From: Phoronis australis
Lineage: Eukaryota; Animalia; Phoronida
Length of the DNA: 64,000 nucleotides
NCBI GenBank assembly: GCA_002633005.1
Contig: NMRA01000610.1
Location: 85,533 to 149,532, forward strand
Direction: 5' to 3'
Shown here: positions 21,601 to 35,800 of the stretch, one piece after another
Numbering within the stretch: the stretch's first letter is position 1
Layout of the letters: every line of letters starts with the position of its first letter
The notes under the pieces: model-generated
Told to the model about the DNA's origin: nothing
Database searches by the model: none
Seen by the model: the letters and a program-made list of their open reading frames with translations, nothing else
Position numbers and translations under genes: made by a program

Positions 21601-23932
21601 CGGGGCTGCACATAGGGGAGCTTAGTCAACATGGATCCGTGGAAATCAAGAAAAAGGGACAAAATTTTAAGAGCATTTCCCTGCTGTATACATGGATGGA
21701 AATCAAGAACGGGCTCAATAATATCGCAAAATGGCGATATGTGCGTTACGGCACTTCGTAAGCATATTTTTTGGAAGTTCCGTGGACGACATGCCTAGTG
21801 AAATGTAGTAGGATTAGAAAGTTGAGTACTGACTCTTGAAGAGCATTACTTGGTGGCGTGGGTGCATGAAAACCAGGCCAATATAAGCAATATCACGTAC
21901 GGTCAAATTACAAAGTGATGACTGTGTGCGCTACAGACACAAGTGAACAGTTTTCAAAGGTCGATTTAATCCCCTTTGAAATGTAGGCGGAGGGCACAGA
22001 AAAGCATTTCCCTACATGGGAACGTGAAAATCAAGAATGTCGGGCCACAATTCTTTAGTGAAACGTAAATCCGAACGATACGCAAAACGACACTCTGTCG
22101 TAATACCTCGCATGGCATATTTTATGAAATCAAATCCGATATTTCTAGACAGAAACTAAGTCTGAAAGCTGGGGGCACGACTTCAGCAACTCTAGATGTT
22201 TGTAACTTGGACTGTGTGCCCTTAGGCGTGGGTCATGAACACACAGACTTCCTGCTGTCGTGTTGAGGTTATTAACCGTAAGTCTATACATGCAACCATA
22301 GCTTGATTTGCCCTTCTGCTTGCAAACTATTCTGGGTCTGGGTTTTGTTGTAAAGCTGTGAGAACAATAATTTAATGCATTTTTACAATTATAAACCACT
22401 GACATACCGAGAATAATACGCTTACAAGGAAGTCACGCATTTCTAAAGATATGCGGGAATTTTCACCGCTCGTCCTTCTGAGCGGCTTGTACCAGGATAA
22501 AGAGAGCGCGCGGCGCCGGAATCAGGTACAGTTGTGATGACCGCATTGCCCGATGCGAGCAAGACCCAATTAAATGTAATTATCCGACCATAAACTGTAT
22601 TAGACATCTCTGACTGTACATAATGGCGAATTTTCAAAATACATTAAGCACTAATTTTCGTTAAAAACGAACACCACGGCAATATTCCAGTGGAAAAAAC
22701 AACCAAGTACGGTTTTCGAATTTTTAAAAATCGATGAACTAATAATCTAAAAACTACAACCATTGGGTACGATTGAAGATAAACTACCGGGCATACTCGG
22801 TGGACATACAAACGCTGATCAGAGTTAACAATATCACATGGATTCATTTTTTACTATTCTTTCAATCTCGTTTAACCAGATTTTTGACCAGGAAGCGGTT
22901 GCTGTGCCCACTTTTCATTGTTTATTACTGACAAAGAGCTAGTATAGTCAGTGCCGCCGAAATTGCCCATCAATTCCAAATCTTCAGTTTGGGTCACCAT
23001 ATTTGCTCTTTTGTATATATTTATGATTTGAGTTCTAATAAAGATTAAACTTTAATGACACGTGAGATGTTTAATGAACTTGTAATGTGGAAAGTTTAGG
23101 GATGGGCTCACAATGAACTTAACTAATTAAGTTTAGCTGGCGATCAAAATCTACCACTGTTTTGGTACTTCAAGTTCAAAACTTAGATAAAAAGTTACAA
23201 ACCAGTTCCCGGTAAAAAAAAACAAGTGGACAGAAGCATTAAAATTAAATAAAGAAAACCAATGTGAAACTCATCGTTCCTTTGGGAAGTGGCCATTGGT
23301 GAAGATAAACACAACCTTTTTAGCCATCTTGTAATATTTATAATGTACCAAGTTAAAACTACTCTCCAGAGTTGCAGGCTATACACAAATGTCAGAGAAA
23401 ACTAAATTGGGGTTGGCCTACAAACAACAACCATTGTTGAGACAGTAATACTAGTAATTACCATTCCACTTCATTAGCTCAGATCTACATCAATACAAAG
23501 AGCGTGCTGAATAGGCATCATAAAAGTTGTCTGGGGCTTAGGGAGTCAGAGCGGTCATCAGTGTTTCAAGTGCGCCATGGGTTGGTTCGTCGAAGTGTCT
23601 CAGAATTTGGAGTTCAGTTCTGGCAACATTGGCGTACGTAGAGTATTTGACGACAATTCTTACAGCTTTGTCAGAATATTTTGAAATCTGTTATAAACAA
23701 CAGCCTTCTAAGCCTAGCAACTTTCGGTGCTACTGACAGACCTCTCCAGACACACAACCCGAGTCACAGTACCTACATTTCGTTATTAAGTCCATAGGGC
23801 ATGGCTAGCTGTAAATGATTGAACGTCAAAATTTGATAGGCGGTCACGTCATCTCCATACCTTCACATAAACTTCAAAGCAAGGTAGATCGCCGTCGTTT
23901 CCTGTGGGCGCAAAGCCGCTACCGCCACTCAT
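18466..23932 (-). CDS. CLIC: Chloride intracellular channel protein (invertebrate Clic/EXC-4-like, GST fold), 5 coding exons, 264 aa
   Basis: Exons 23932-23861, 21216-21024, 20523-20366, 19726-19550, 18660-18466 total 795 nt in frame. Motifs EVYVK/[68 protein letters not shown]. Confidence 0.93.
19550..19726 (-). CDS. CLIC: CLIC exon (DFNAFIQ...[17 protein letters not shown])
   Basis: gtag/gtaag boundaries, 177 nt, phase 0/0. Confidence 0.93.
19855..20325. mobile_element. MITE-like element with inverted subterminal repeat arrays in a CLIC intron
   Basis: Left arm ATGTTCCCC/GTCCCTATGTTCCC units are mirrored by right arm GGGACGAAGGAACAT units around an AT-rich core. Confidence 0.55.
20366..20523 (-). 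CDS. CLIC: CLIC exon (GKDVRGQDI...FDNVYK)
   Basis: ttcag/gtttg boundaries, 158 nt, phase 1/0. Confidence 0.85.
21024..21216 (-). CDS. CLIC: CLIC exon containing the CPIC motif
   Basis: ttcag/gtacg boundaries, 193 nt; lies inside ORF 20935..21279. Confidence 0.9.
23861..23932 (-). CDS. CLIC: CLIC first coding exon (MSGGSGFAPTGNDGDLPCFEVYVK)
   Basis: AAAATG start, AAG|gtatgg donor; an acceptor 18 nt upstream of the ATG (exon start 23950) implies a further 5' exon. Confidence 0.8.
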
Positions 23933-24989
23933 TTTGCTGGGCAACTGTCCCTAAAAAGACGGAAAGATCGATAAGTGGCCCCTAACACTGGCGAGCAAGA
24001 TTTAATGAAAATCAAGACATGTTTTTCGAAATGTTTTGCAGATCAACTTGCAGCAGAAGCGTTCAAGGGCGCGCGCCCTGTTAAAACACGCGAGTTTAGT
24101 ATTAATTTCTTTTTAAAGTTCACAGAATTTCCCAATCAACCCGTTTCATTGAATTTTACATTATTTGAAAATATATGGAGTATTTTTAATTTAGCTGAGT
24201 GATGTTCGTTGCGACGACAACAAGAATGACTAAGCCCGGCACATTTTGGACAGTTCTGTTTCTAAATGCGTCGTAGGCTACCACAAAAACTGCTAAACCT
24301 AACTCACATTGAAATACGACCAAATAGTTTTAGCCCCTTGTGTAACGAAGCCACCATTAATTTTTCAGAATCGGTAGCTAAAAGTAAAATTGTGGATTCC
24401 TTTCTAAGATCATAAATCATGACTATTAAAGGTCCCTGCTATAAGCTCCTGTTCAACCCTCACACGCACACGCATGCATGTACGCAGACACGCACACGCA
24501 CACTTAGTTCTCGACATCCTTCGGAAATGTCAAGACAACGCACACTTCTGTGTGAAATGAATTTCATGCGGTAACTTCGGAAAATGTGACAGGGCAAGCT
24601 ATTTTTACTGATTACATTAAAACCAGACCAAACTATTCTCTGTAGTTTGTTTTAACACAAACAAATAAGCCCAAGTCTCCCTATAGGCGAATTTTTTAAG
24701 CTGCGGTCAACGTACCTGAAATTCACGAAGTAGTGTGAGTTAACTGAGTACGCTTTTGCGACAATGCCGGCGAATCTCTTATTTTGATGTGCGCAAAGTC
24801 AACAATAAATGCCGATCCTCTTTCCAAATTGTCAAAGCTCTTGTCAATGACCACCTGTAGTTATTGTACAAACACGACCTGCTACGCCCGGCTACCGCGT
24901 TCGGATAACGTGTGCTCAACTGATAAATCTACGCTAGTCCACATCTTCAATTATAGTAGAATGTAGAGTGTTTTCATGTGGGAGTATGG

Positions 24990-25305
24990 CGCAAACTCGA
25001 ACTCTGAACGTTATCCTAACGAATTTACCGTTCGTTAACTCTCATGGGCTGTACAAGATGACAAACTCGAATTCTGAAAGTTAACCTAATAACGAATTTA
25101 CCGCCCTTTAACTCTCCCGGTCTGTACAAGGGGACAAACTCGAATTCTGAAAATTAACCTTGTACATTTACCGTTCTTTAACTCAGTCTCGGGCTGTACA
25201 AGGTGACAAACTTGAACTCTGAAACTTAACTTAATGAATTTATTGTTCTTTAACTCACATGGGCTGTACAAGGTGACAAACTCGAATCCTGTAAAAGGTG
25301 ACAAA
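24990..25305. repeat. ~70-bp tandem repeat, a little over 4 diverged copies
   Basis: CAAACTCGAA..CTGAAA.TTAACCT..GAATTTACCG...TTAACTC..GGGCTGTACAAG recurs at ~70-bp spacing. Confidence 0.85.
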
Positions 25306-25979
25306 TGAAGGTATGTTAATATCTTCTCCGCCACACCCGCTCCCACATACGTGGGTATGTACATCTGTCAACCACCTATTTACCAAAAGTATCTATTCCT
25401 GTGCCTTGTCTAACAATTCAGGTCATGACCTTGTTTAAACAAAGCCTTAAAACTTGAAGGTAACACATTACAGAGTTCACTCTCACTCTTCCGAGGTCAA
25501 GTAGTTAATTTTGTTGCCCTCTTTGAAAATATGTGTGCTTTATGGCAATATTGACGATACACTGCCAGTGTGAAGTGGTAGTGATCTCATTCATCAACCA
25601 TTTTGCTAACCGTTCAACGAGTGTGCCCAGCCCTCTTTTTATGTTCTGAATGCCGAATACAGTTGGTCAAAGGTGTGACCGGATTCATCAGTGATTTTTA
25701 ATGTGGGTCAAACGGCCAAATCACGCAATGGACTATAAACTGAGTTCACCCGCTGAAACCGGAACACAGAAGAAGGCCTACTAGGCCCAGCATGAGTTTG
25801 AGGGACGGTGACACCATCTGGGAGCAACATAGAAGATATCCATGCGAGAACGCCCGAGCAACACTCTTCGTGAAAAAAACGGAATGGGGACCGTGACGCA
25901 GACGGAAAAAGACAGTTTGTGCCAAACGCCTTGAAGGCGACACGATGCACGATGATAACTAGGCCTATTACTCAGATTT

Positions 25980-26460
25980 TTAAACACTTTTTTATGTATT
26001 TATTATCATTTACAAACAATTGCAAAAACAAACAAACAAATAAGTACACCATTCATTCACGCATGCACACCTCATGAAGACCATTCTCATATCTAGTTTA
26101 AAGTAAATATCTTCTACATGAAGTTAACATGAAAAATAAAATTTTCCCATTTCGCATAGAAGCTGTCATATACAAAGTTTTTATGTGCATTTAATTTTTC
26201 AGCATTATAGTATTCATAAGTTTTTGTAACGAACTTGAGAAAATTAGGTATATTTTTGTGACATCTCACCTTGTAAATGTACTGTTTAGCTAGTAGAAGC
26301 AAAATGTTAAATAGAAAATCATGCGTCTTGTAAAGTCCAAGAATAACAATATCGTAAGACAGACAGTTGGGAAGCTGAATGCCACACTTTTGAAGTTGCT
26401 TTCCGAATTCCTTCCAGAAATCTTGTACAAAGCTACATTCCCAAAACACTTTTTGTTCGC
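25980..26460 (-). mobile_element. 5'-truncated L1/Tx1-like LINE: C-terminus of ORF2 plus 3' UTR and A-rich tail
   Basis: ORF 26114..26500 has FWECSFVQDFW, IVILG, FNILLLLAKQYIYKVR, FYAKW, typical of the region after the zf-RVT domain; AATAAA and A-rich tail near 25985-26005. Confidence 0.8.
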
Positions 26461-26870
26461 TCCCCATTCGATTATTCTCGGAATTTTTTCGAGATGGCAC
26501 TGAAAACTGACTTGGTGTGACAGTGAACTCGTATGTTCATGTGATTGCTGGTTTATCGTATAATTTGTGCAAATTAGTGCTAAACTGTGACACGCTCCCA
26601 ATTACAATACAAAAATATCCACTGGGACCGATATGATAAGACACAATCTATGACTGATTTAAAAAAACACAGAGTAATTTTTCATGGATTTTTTAAATTC
26701 TGGGCAAAATTCCAATGAGCAACCCCAGTCTATGATCCGAAACGATGCCTCATTAAAAGCGAAGAAAGTTTCGTTTCAGTACTGATTTTTATTGCAAACC
26801 ATGGCAACTCGAAATCAATTTTGTCTTGTTTCACAGTGGAGGTCTATTTAACTGAATGATTAGAACAAAT

Positions 26871-27021
26871 CAGGGGCGGATCCAGGATTTTTATTTAGGG
26901 GGGCAAGGGCAGAGTATTAGCCAGGATTTTGCCCGTCACTGAGACGGCGAACCCCCGAACTGCCAAATGGAATCTGGGAGAGTTTTAAGGGGGTCATGGC
27001 CCCCCTCTAAATCCGCCACTG
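26871..27021. mobile_element. Short hAT-like MITE
   Basis: CAGGGGCGGATCCAG / CTAAATCCGCCACTG termini, CAAAT on both flanks; related termini near 41176, 42090-42105 and 45557. Confidence 0.65.
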
Positions 27022-30000
27022 CAAATACCAAGCTTTTCCTGACGCCACGGTTAGGACCAGTTCAAAACTTCCAGTGCAAGTATTTATCACAGAAGCACAC
27101 CTTTCCTAACTTGAGAAACACAGCTGTTGGAAATTCGCTAAGTTTAACACCAATGGAAGAAGGTCATCCATGTTTATTTTTTCGATGACTTATGATTAAC
27201 TGCTGTTTACGTCATTAATGAGTCAATTAGAAGTGTCAACATAATGCTGTTCACCAGTTCTGATATTAGTACGGCATTATGCGATACCATGAATGTAACT
27301 TAACAGGCATAAACCTCACAAAGATGAAAACAAGAAGCAATGCAAAACACGTAAGCCTACGGCAATGTCACAAAAATCAATACCGGCATCAGGTGATTTA
27401 ATGCTTTAAAAAGCGGTTAGTGTCCATTAAGGTAGTCGAATGAGGCTAATGTTTGACTAAAATTATTAACGTTTCTAATCACTATACGCTTCTCAAGGTT
27501 GCCTTATAATTAATGAACGCCGCGTCTTGGTGCTAGGGACTCAAAGCCCGAGATCCCGAAGTGCGCAATCTGGCAGGAATGCGAAAATCTAGCTTCTCCG
27601 CGCGCTGTCCTCGTGCTTATTGAGTGGCTTCTTTGAGGACCACTTGCAGCGGTTGAAACGAATACTTCCACAAAACACACACTCAGCAGGAAGACCCTGG
27701 GAAGAAGCCTAGAGACGAGGCAACGAGGCTACTCGAGTTATCATGTAGTTTCATCAAAGATGGCTTCAGCGAGAACTGAGCTTGTAAGGCAGTATACAAT
27801 TCCTGCTGAGAATGTGTTTACTGCTTTCTGTTTCAGTTGTCGACCTCACACAGGCGTTCCGAATACGCCACGGTGGTGGAATAGAAGAGAATTTTTTCCT
27901 TCCAAAATTAAAGGGCAAAAATTGATCACTGCCAGTAGCCTATTAGATCTAAGCGAACATAACAGATCGTGAGGTAAATTAGACAGTGTACGTACACGAT
28001 AACAGGTCACTGACATAATTATCGCTACAGAACTTTCACGCCTTCATTTTCACTCAACGCGATCTAGGCGTGTTTTTACGTCTAAAAATCAAAAATTAAC
28101 AATAATACCTTAAGGGCATGTCACAGATGATAAGATAAAAACATAATAATTGCACACGATAACAGGTCATTGATAGTATCACTCTACAATCCATGCCTTT
28201 CTGTTAAAAACGCAAATGCATGCTGTAAGCCAGCCGAACTGAAAAAATCTGTGTTGGTAAATACAGTAGCAGTATTATAATACCTGGGCGCTCTGTATCA
28301 TTGAAAAGGATCGGTAAATATTCGCTGTCTAAAATTGCTACCTACCTGAGAAAGTTAGGAATAGCGACTGCCTGAACTGTATACACGCCCTGATAACCTC
28401 GCGATAACAAGACCTAGCCACTAATTCAAAATGATATATGACGCCGCGACCTAGATATTTTTACTGATGTATATTGTGCAGTCGAGACCATTGTATTTGC
28501 TCTGTACAATGCTGATGTAGAGCGCGCAATACCAGCCGTGGTGTCTATTCATGCCGCTACCGTCTTATGTTGTTTTGTCAATGAGTCTTAGGTGTGGGGG
28601 TCATAACGTATTCGCCAACTCCAGATACCTAATGCACTATCGGGCTCTCGTTTCGGATTCAGACGGGTTTCCCGCAGTATTGTTGTTTGTTTATTTCACG
28701 GTGTCCCATTATTTTGGTTAGGCCTATATTTTCCTCATTTAAGGTAATGTTTCAATGATTGGAGAGAATAATATACAGTCTTCAATCTGCCGCTGAAGTC
28801 CAGGTTCACTGATAATATCATATGTAAGAATATTATACGTTAGAAAGTAAACAATAAGTAATAATTATGTGTATTTACCGTAACTTGCGTGCCTCGGGGC
28901 AAACTGAATTTAACGGAACTAGTGGAAAATTTTATCACAAAAGGCAACTGTACATAATTTAGTGCATCCACAACCAAGAATGCGCCCCGGGATTGAGGTG
29001 TGGTGAAATATGGAAATTCCTGGTCACTGGCCAATAAAAAACAGCCCTCGAGGTCAACTGTCATCAAATTGCATTTCCTTTCCTATCGCTACTTTCACTG
29101 GCATGTCGAGTCTGGTATCGCCACCAATGAAGGTCATAGTCACTTTTCGCGGTGTCTAATTGCTGCGCTTGCATTCATAGGAAACACCGGGTCTTAGTAA
29201 AAACTGAATGTCTATGAACTCACTTTATCGGTCATAAACTATCTTTAGAATTAGTGTCCTTGAGCAAAATTAATCTTGACTTTATTGTTCCTTGCTCAGA
29301 TTTGTGACGGTTTCTTGCGCCAAGTTCGAAAGTCATTTGTCACGGCGAATGATTTTTGTGTCAAGCTCATTGCCGTGCCAGTTCGTCCCTACACCCCATT
29401 AAATCATTCCTCACCTGACAAAGACGATTTCCGCAGTATAGTGCCGGGAAAGCTCTAAATCAATTGAAATAGGTTCCTTGACTGCCGAGGACGAGTTTAT
29501 AGACGAACAATCGTAAATTACGGTATATCGAATACTGAGACAAAAACAGGACGCCATAAATAATGTCGATACCCAGGCTGACTTTTGAGAACTTAAAACT
29601 GTCAAAATAAAGGAACAATATCCTAAGATTAAAATTACGTCCCAAATGGTCCTTAGTGACTTGAGAACCTTTTTCGAAAATCGTCTTGCGCCGCAAACAC
29701 TGAAAGGATAGCGTTAATGTCAGGTGCGTTCACAGATCAACATAGCAGGGGGATTTATAATTATAATAGAGCGTGCTGTCACAAAGAATTGGGCAGGCCT
29801 AACTGTTTTTCCCAATTTTGAAACGAGGGCTGCGGTTTGTCGTCATTTGCAAGTCAAAATAATACTTTCATCTCATACATGACGTTTCGCTCACTGACTG
29901 TGACTTGAGAATACATATCAAAATGAGTGTTATTACCGCAGTTTACCACACTTTGACATGTGTTATCGCATTGCCGACAAGATAAGCTTACGGCCGTCAC

Positions 30001-32507
30001 ACAGCACTGAGTGGGCGCCGGGCCGTCGTTTTGTCGCTGTTTTGTATGTTTTGCGGTGTGTAACATACACTCGGTTCATCATTTTGTTTCCTCTTGTGGA
30101 TTTAAATAGTCACGAACACATAGCATCATTCCATCAGTCACTGATGAAGACAGCAAAGTACATAATTCAAACCTCTATGCACCTTAGAAAAATCAATGCT
30201 GAGAACCCGCCTCTGCGAGTCTCTGCAGCTGTGGCGCCCCGCGCGCAGTTTTCGTGTGCAAGTTAAAGTTTTGAGCAACTCTACGACACATATACATTTC
30301 TTAACATCTTTTAATAAGGCCCAGCACCCTTGACCCTACATATATTGAAAAAAACGGGAACCCTACATAAACATTCCAATTCGGGTTCGGCATCACCTGA
30401 GGCGAATGATTCCACTAGACTTAGAAACATCAATATACGTTTAAGGTATTGGTGCCTAAATACTGCGAGTGTCGGTCATCAAGGAGCGCTGCGCTAGTGG
30501 CATATTTGTTGCATTTTTCGCTTTAAGGCTAAATGAAAACCCCTCTATAGAGAAAATTGTCAACAAAACTTGCACAATATAGATACAAGTAAGCGTTTAA
30601 ATAACAAGTACTCTCGGCGCCTCGGTTTTTGAACCCGGCATGACACCGTTCCACTATGAAAGTATTTAAACATCACGCCGAGTTCTTCTCACAGGACCCA
30701 AAATTCCCCTCAAGCAAGGTTAGTCACGGCAACTTGAGCCTTGACGCATTGCCGATGACGCGGGTTAGCGACAGGAGTAAAGGTGGAATTATTAAATGGA
30801 GTTTACCTCAGCAAAGGTACCCCCTCATGATGCACAAACACTTTTCCCCTCACACGTGCCAAGGTCCTGAACACTAAAGGACAACTCCCCATGGCAGGGC
30901 GTACTTGCTAGGAAAACCGTACAAAAATTTTGGTGAGAAACAACTACACGTAGATCAAACGCTTGCATGTGGGTGCCACAAAGTAAAATAAAAGACTCAA
31001 GTTGAAATTTCATAAATTATTTTATTGTTACACACTAAACAATTTTCGTAGATCGGCTATTGCGAGGTAACAGACAACACTAACACTTACAGAGAGTAAT
31101 GAAGTGGGATACTCTATCAAAGGAACGACATCAGTTTTACGGCTGAAATGCACTTTGGGGGTTGTTTTTGGATGGGATAGACCTCTGGAGGTATTGGCTT
31201 AGATTAAAGATAAGAACAACAAAATCTACTATTTTGTAATTTCATTACAAATGCCAATTGTCTCCATTCTTTGCCAGTCATTTGCTGAGATCAAGGTCGG
31301 GGATTATACCAGTGTAACATTATGCATTAAATATTCTGCTATTTATCGAGTGAGTTGTAGCTCTGCCAGCAGAGCGTTTGACAGCCATCGCTGAGGTTCA
31401 AGCTTCAACTACATGTTGCGGTTGATCTCAGAAACCAACTTTTCTTGCCAATGAGGTCGCTTTAAAGTTGCTGTGAAACCAAGTCCCTTCTAACAGCAAA
31501 TTCTAAAATGGAGACCACTTACTACTTGATCTCAACTTGTTTGTTATTTGGACGAGGAGTGCTTAGTTTGTAAAGAACTAACAGTTCAGTTATGGGCCGA
31601 GACCATAGTTGGTGCTCAAAATGTTCCCTCCGACACCCCACTAGGCTACCTAGCTGAAACTAGGTATTACAAAAGATGGACCCTCAGTTCAGACCCATAA
31701 ACTACCCTCAAAACTATAGAGATCCCCCACGATTTCGTGACGATATTTGTCCAACACTGCTAGCCACATCATAAGATGTGCTGTCACAGGTGAACAACGA
31801 TGGCAGCCAGGACATGAGCAAACAAGTACCCATGACATTTGATTGACAATGTTTCACTTTTTTGGGACAGCAGCTAAATATAGTAGTGATTAGTGATAGA
31901 GCATGAAAGGACACCCGGCTTTGGGTATTTTCTGTACCCCGCAGGTCACAGGTCACGTTTCGTTTGGATGTGTTGCAAACAAAAATTTAACTTGAATCTC
32001 AACCATCTTATACGCCAATCTCCAGTCCACCAACTTTAACCCAGCAGATCACAAATCGTCGGTGAAAAAAATGATCATGCTGGTGGAAATAGCGCCTGTA
32101 CACTTGCAGTCATGTGACCACATTTTTTGCAAGAAATCACTACCACAATGTTACGATTTTTTTGCCTGAAACTTGCAAATTCTTTACAAAAACATTTTGC
32201 GATCATATTCTTTTAAACTTGCAAAAGCAATGCCATCTTTGAAAAAAATGACATTGTTTCGGTTAATATTATTGAGAGGAGTGTTTTGTTTTGGTTTTTT
32301 AATACAAGTTTTAAGTTTTTTAAAAACGTTTTCTCAGAGAAAAAACATGGTTTGAGACTACAGATATCCAGGCACTGGGTTTAGTCTTTCCCCAAAAAGA
32401 ATTTTAAAACATGGTTTCAACTAAAGCACAGTATTTTACAAAATAACTCAAGAAATGTCGCTCTTGTTATCCAAGGTAGTAAGTTACCATAAAACAATGT
32501 ATCAAAG

Positions 32508-32840
32508 TCATGTAAACGACGCATCTAACGGCACTCGTTCCCGCTGATCTTGTTCGTAAAGCGAAGGTCCTGCCTGAAGTATCCGCGCACTACCTAGGCA
32601 TTCATCACCCAGATAGAACACGGCAAACTGTCCAGGTGTCAAGGCTCTTAAAGGCCTGGAAATGTCCACATGGACTCCACCGTCGGCAGTGTGTTTAGTT
32701 ACGACACAGTCCACAAGAGGGTGCTTATGCTGGAAGCGGAACTGGCAGTGCAGAGGATATGATGGGATATGACTGATGAAAAATGGTTCCTCGGCTTCGA
32801 AACTGTTGCTGAATGATGCTGGGTGGTCATTGCCAGGAGC
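32508..32840 (-). CDS. TRMU: TRMU exon 7 (last)
   Basis: tctag acceptor, 333 nt to TGA; [38 protein letters not shown]. Confidence 0.94.
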   Translation of the reverse strand, partial: APGNDHPASFSNSFEAEEPFFISHIPSYPLHCQFRFQHKHPLVDCVVTKHTADGGVHVDISRPLRALTPGQFAVFYLGDECLGSARILQAGPSLYEQDQRERVPLDASFT

Positions 32841-35800
32841 CTAGAAAAAATTGACAAGTGAAATCTATAAATGACTGCGATGTTTTCTATGTTTCAGGGC
32901 TTGGAATGACCAATGACAAAAAACGCGGAAACGTTGAAACTTTTACGGCCCAAATCATGCCCGATAACCAGCCTTGGAATGGTCAATGTGAACCTTTCCC
33001 CGACAAAAATCGGGAGGACTAAAAAAAAACGTTACCACCATCAGTAGCATGCATCTGCGTCCTTTTAGCTCGCCCGTCCACTCCCAACCCACACATTTTT
33101 GTCTGCAGAGCGGTAGTATTTGTCGCCGCGCTTAACAATAACACGAGACGCCATTGAAAATCCCACCACGCTGTCCCAGGTGCCCCGGCAATGTTGACAA
33201 TTTACGTTCCTCCAAAACATAAAGAGCAACTTCCGCTTTTCGAGGTGAACGTCGTCTGCAACGCCGCCGTAAGAAAGGAATTTGCCGCGGAGATTTTATA
33301 TCAAATCCGATTTTTTTACGCGGAAATATTATAAAAAAAGCGGAAAGCACATTTGAAAAAAGCGGAAATCCGCGTTTCCGCGGAAAATTCCAAGCCCTGA
33401 TGTTTGTTTGAATTGCAGCCATTCATAATGAATTGAGAGATGGATTCCATTTCACAATAGAAAAAGTCAATAATTGGAACTTTTAATCAAGAGTCTTTAA
33501 TATGGGTTGTCTCATGTCCCAGTGTCATCTGCCACTGCCTTACGATGTGGATACGTCACAAAAATGCAGATGGCTTCTAAAAATCCTACTGAAGCTAATT
33601 GCAACCAGGAATGTACTACGTTGCAAATAATTCAAAGTTCATACTATCCTTCTTAACAAATAATTAGCATAAGTTTCAAAGCTTGAACATTGTTCAAGTT
33701 TAGGGCCGTAACTAAATTTGTCATGACATATTTTGAAGAGCTGTGAGATTTTCCAACAACATTAAAAGCCCTTGACCAATAAAAATACCATTTTGGCAAT
33801 TATTGCCCAAAACTGACGAAGCTTTAACCTTTACTTACTACTATAATATTGCTGGTCTCCATGTCCTTCGAGACAACAAACATGGCCTCTGGTAGACCCC
33901 CCAGTAATGTCCTCTGTCCCAGAGTATAGTTGTGAATGCCTGAGGAAAACAGCTAAAGTATGAAATGAGTGTTTAAAGGGACACTAAGCCGGTTTTGACC
34001 TATGAACAGATACTCACAATGATTATCGCATTCTGAACTTGGGGTCTAATCTCTTTCCACAAAATTGAACTCAAAATTATTTTTGACATTTCCTATTCAA
34101 CTTTTGTGCAACTTTAAGATAAGAATCCATTATTCTGTGCTCAAGCAAATAATGGCCTACATGGACAACTAGTTTGCATTTGAAAACCTTGACATTAAGG
34201 CAAAGAGTTTGAGTACGAAATCGAAATTTCAAATTTTTATTCGAAACAACTTTTTACATAAGTTTGTTACTCGAACCTAGGGTTCTTCAAATCCAAAACT
34301 TGGACTAGAAACTCGTGCGTCTAAACCACAATATGACCAAGCCCAGAATAAAACACTTGTCTTGAGCTCAATCAAAAGTAGGACAGAGTATAGCAAGAGT
34401 ACTTTCAAGTACAACTTCAAGTAAAAAGATTAGATCCAAAATGAAATAATGCTCTGTAACCTTTGGCCATCCTCAAAAGTTTGGAGCAAATTTTGAAAAA
34501 TCTGGTAAGTTTGCTTAACGGGCAAGGGTGACCCAAAATTTAGGTGGTTTACTCAACAACTATACAAGAAAAGACTAGGCACCCAGAACCATAATATCCA
34601 TTGTATGACACACTGAGCAAGTGTTTCAGTTGAATCTTGCTTTTACCACTAAAGTGAGATGCCAAGCAAGGGACAAAATGAGAATTGAAATCACCATAAC
34701 AGGCCTTAGTATCCCTTTAAAGAGTCATTTTTCTTATTGAATTCATTACCAGGAATTTTCATACATCAGCTGATTCAAATATATGCCCTACAAGCATATT
34801 CAAGGAAATTATCAGATAATAAAAACAGTGTATTTCATAAATGTTCATGGCGGTACTCAAAAACCTTTCCCCAGTTTTACAGGAAATTGACAATACCAAA
34901 TAACCTCCTTAACGACCTTATAATTTTGCATCGTGCAAATCATTCCAGTGTGCTCGACGCCCCCGAAATCCTCCATCCTAACCCCAGCTATAATATGAAT
35001 ATGACCAAGCATATATTCGTCCTTTAAAAATACGAGTCCCTGGTTTATCAACAGAGAACACGTGTACTTAAAATCCAAATAATATTTATCAGTGGTTGCT
35101 CACAGACAGAAATGCATGCCGCACTATAGATAGATACTTATATCCAAGTCCACACAGACCATTGAAGGAAATGGCAAAAAAGCATCAAAAAGTCATCAAT
35201 TTTGACAGGGTCAGTCAAGTTTTCCAAAGTTAGGTTGCTTCATATCAGTAGTGACAGATGAAATTTTGAATTTATTTTGATGGTCCAAACCATTTGAAAG
35301 AGAAATCCCGAAACCAGTTCTCATTGTTAAACTGATTATTTTATAATTTAAACCAGACTTCCAGTCCCATCACAAAATCAAACTTCTGATTAAGACCAAT
35401 TGCTTATACGAAATTGGTCTACAATTGTTCCTTAGGCGAATGAGAGGTATTTCAGAGCCACAAAAGAATTGACAGTTCCTTACTTCTGAAGACCAAACTC
35501 TACAAGTCAAAATCTTGTAAACGGGCAAGCATGACCAATGCTTTGGGCGCGTTACATGGCAACTGGCAACGAAACATGGCAATTATTTGTATCCTAGTAC
35601 ATTACGAGGATACTGAACTTGTTGTTGACTTCAACCAATCCTCGTTCTCCCACCTGGTAAAGCATCATTGGTGTCCCACTTGAATAATAAAAGCTGGACT
35701 TAACTAAAAACGTATTAAATATTTTTTCTTAGTCGCAGATATTATCGTGGTTCTTGGTGGGTGGTCTTTCCTTGCAATTCATGTGTAATTCTCCTACAGC

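Noticed and set aside
27760-27783. + strand ATG exon MASARTEL|gtaag
   Set aside because: No compatible downstream exons with recognisable homology found.
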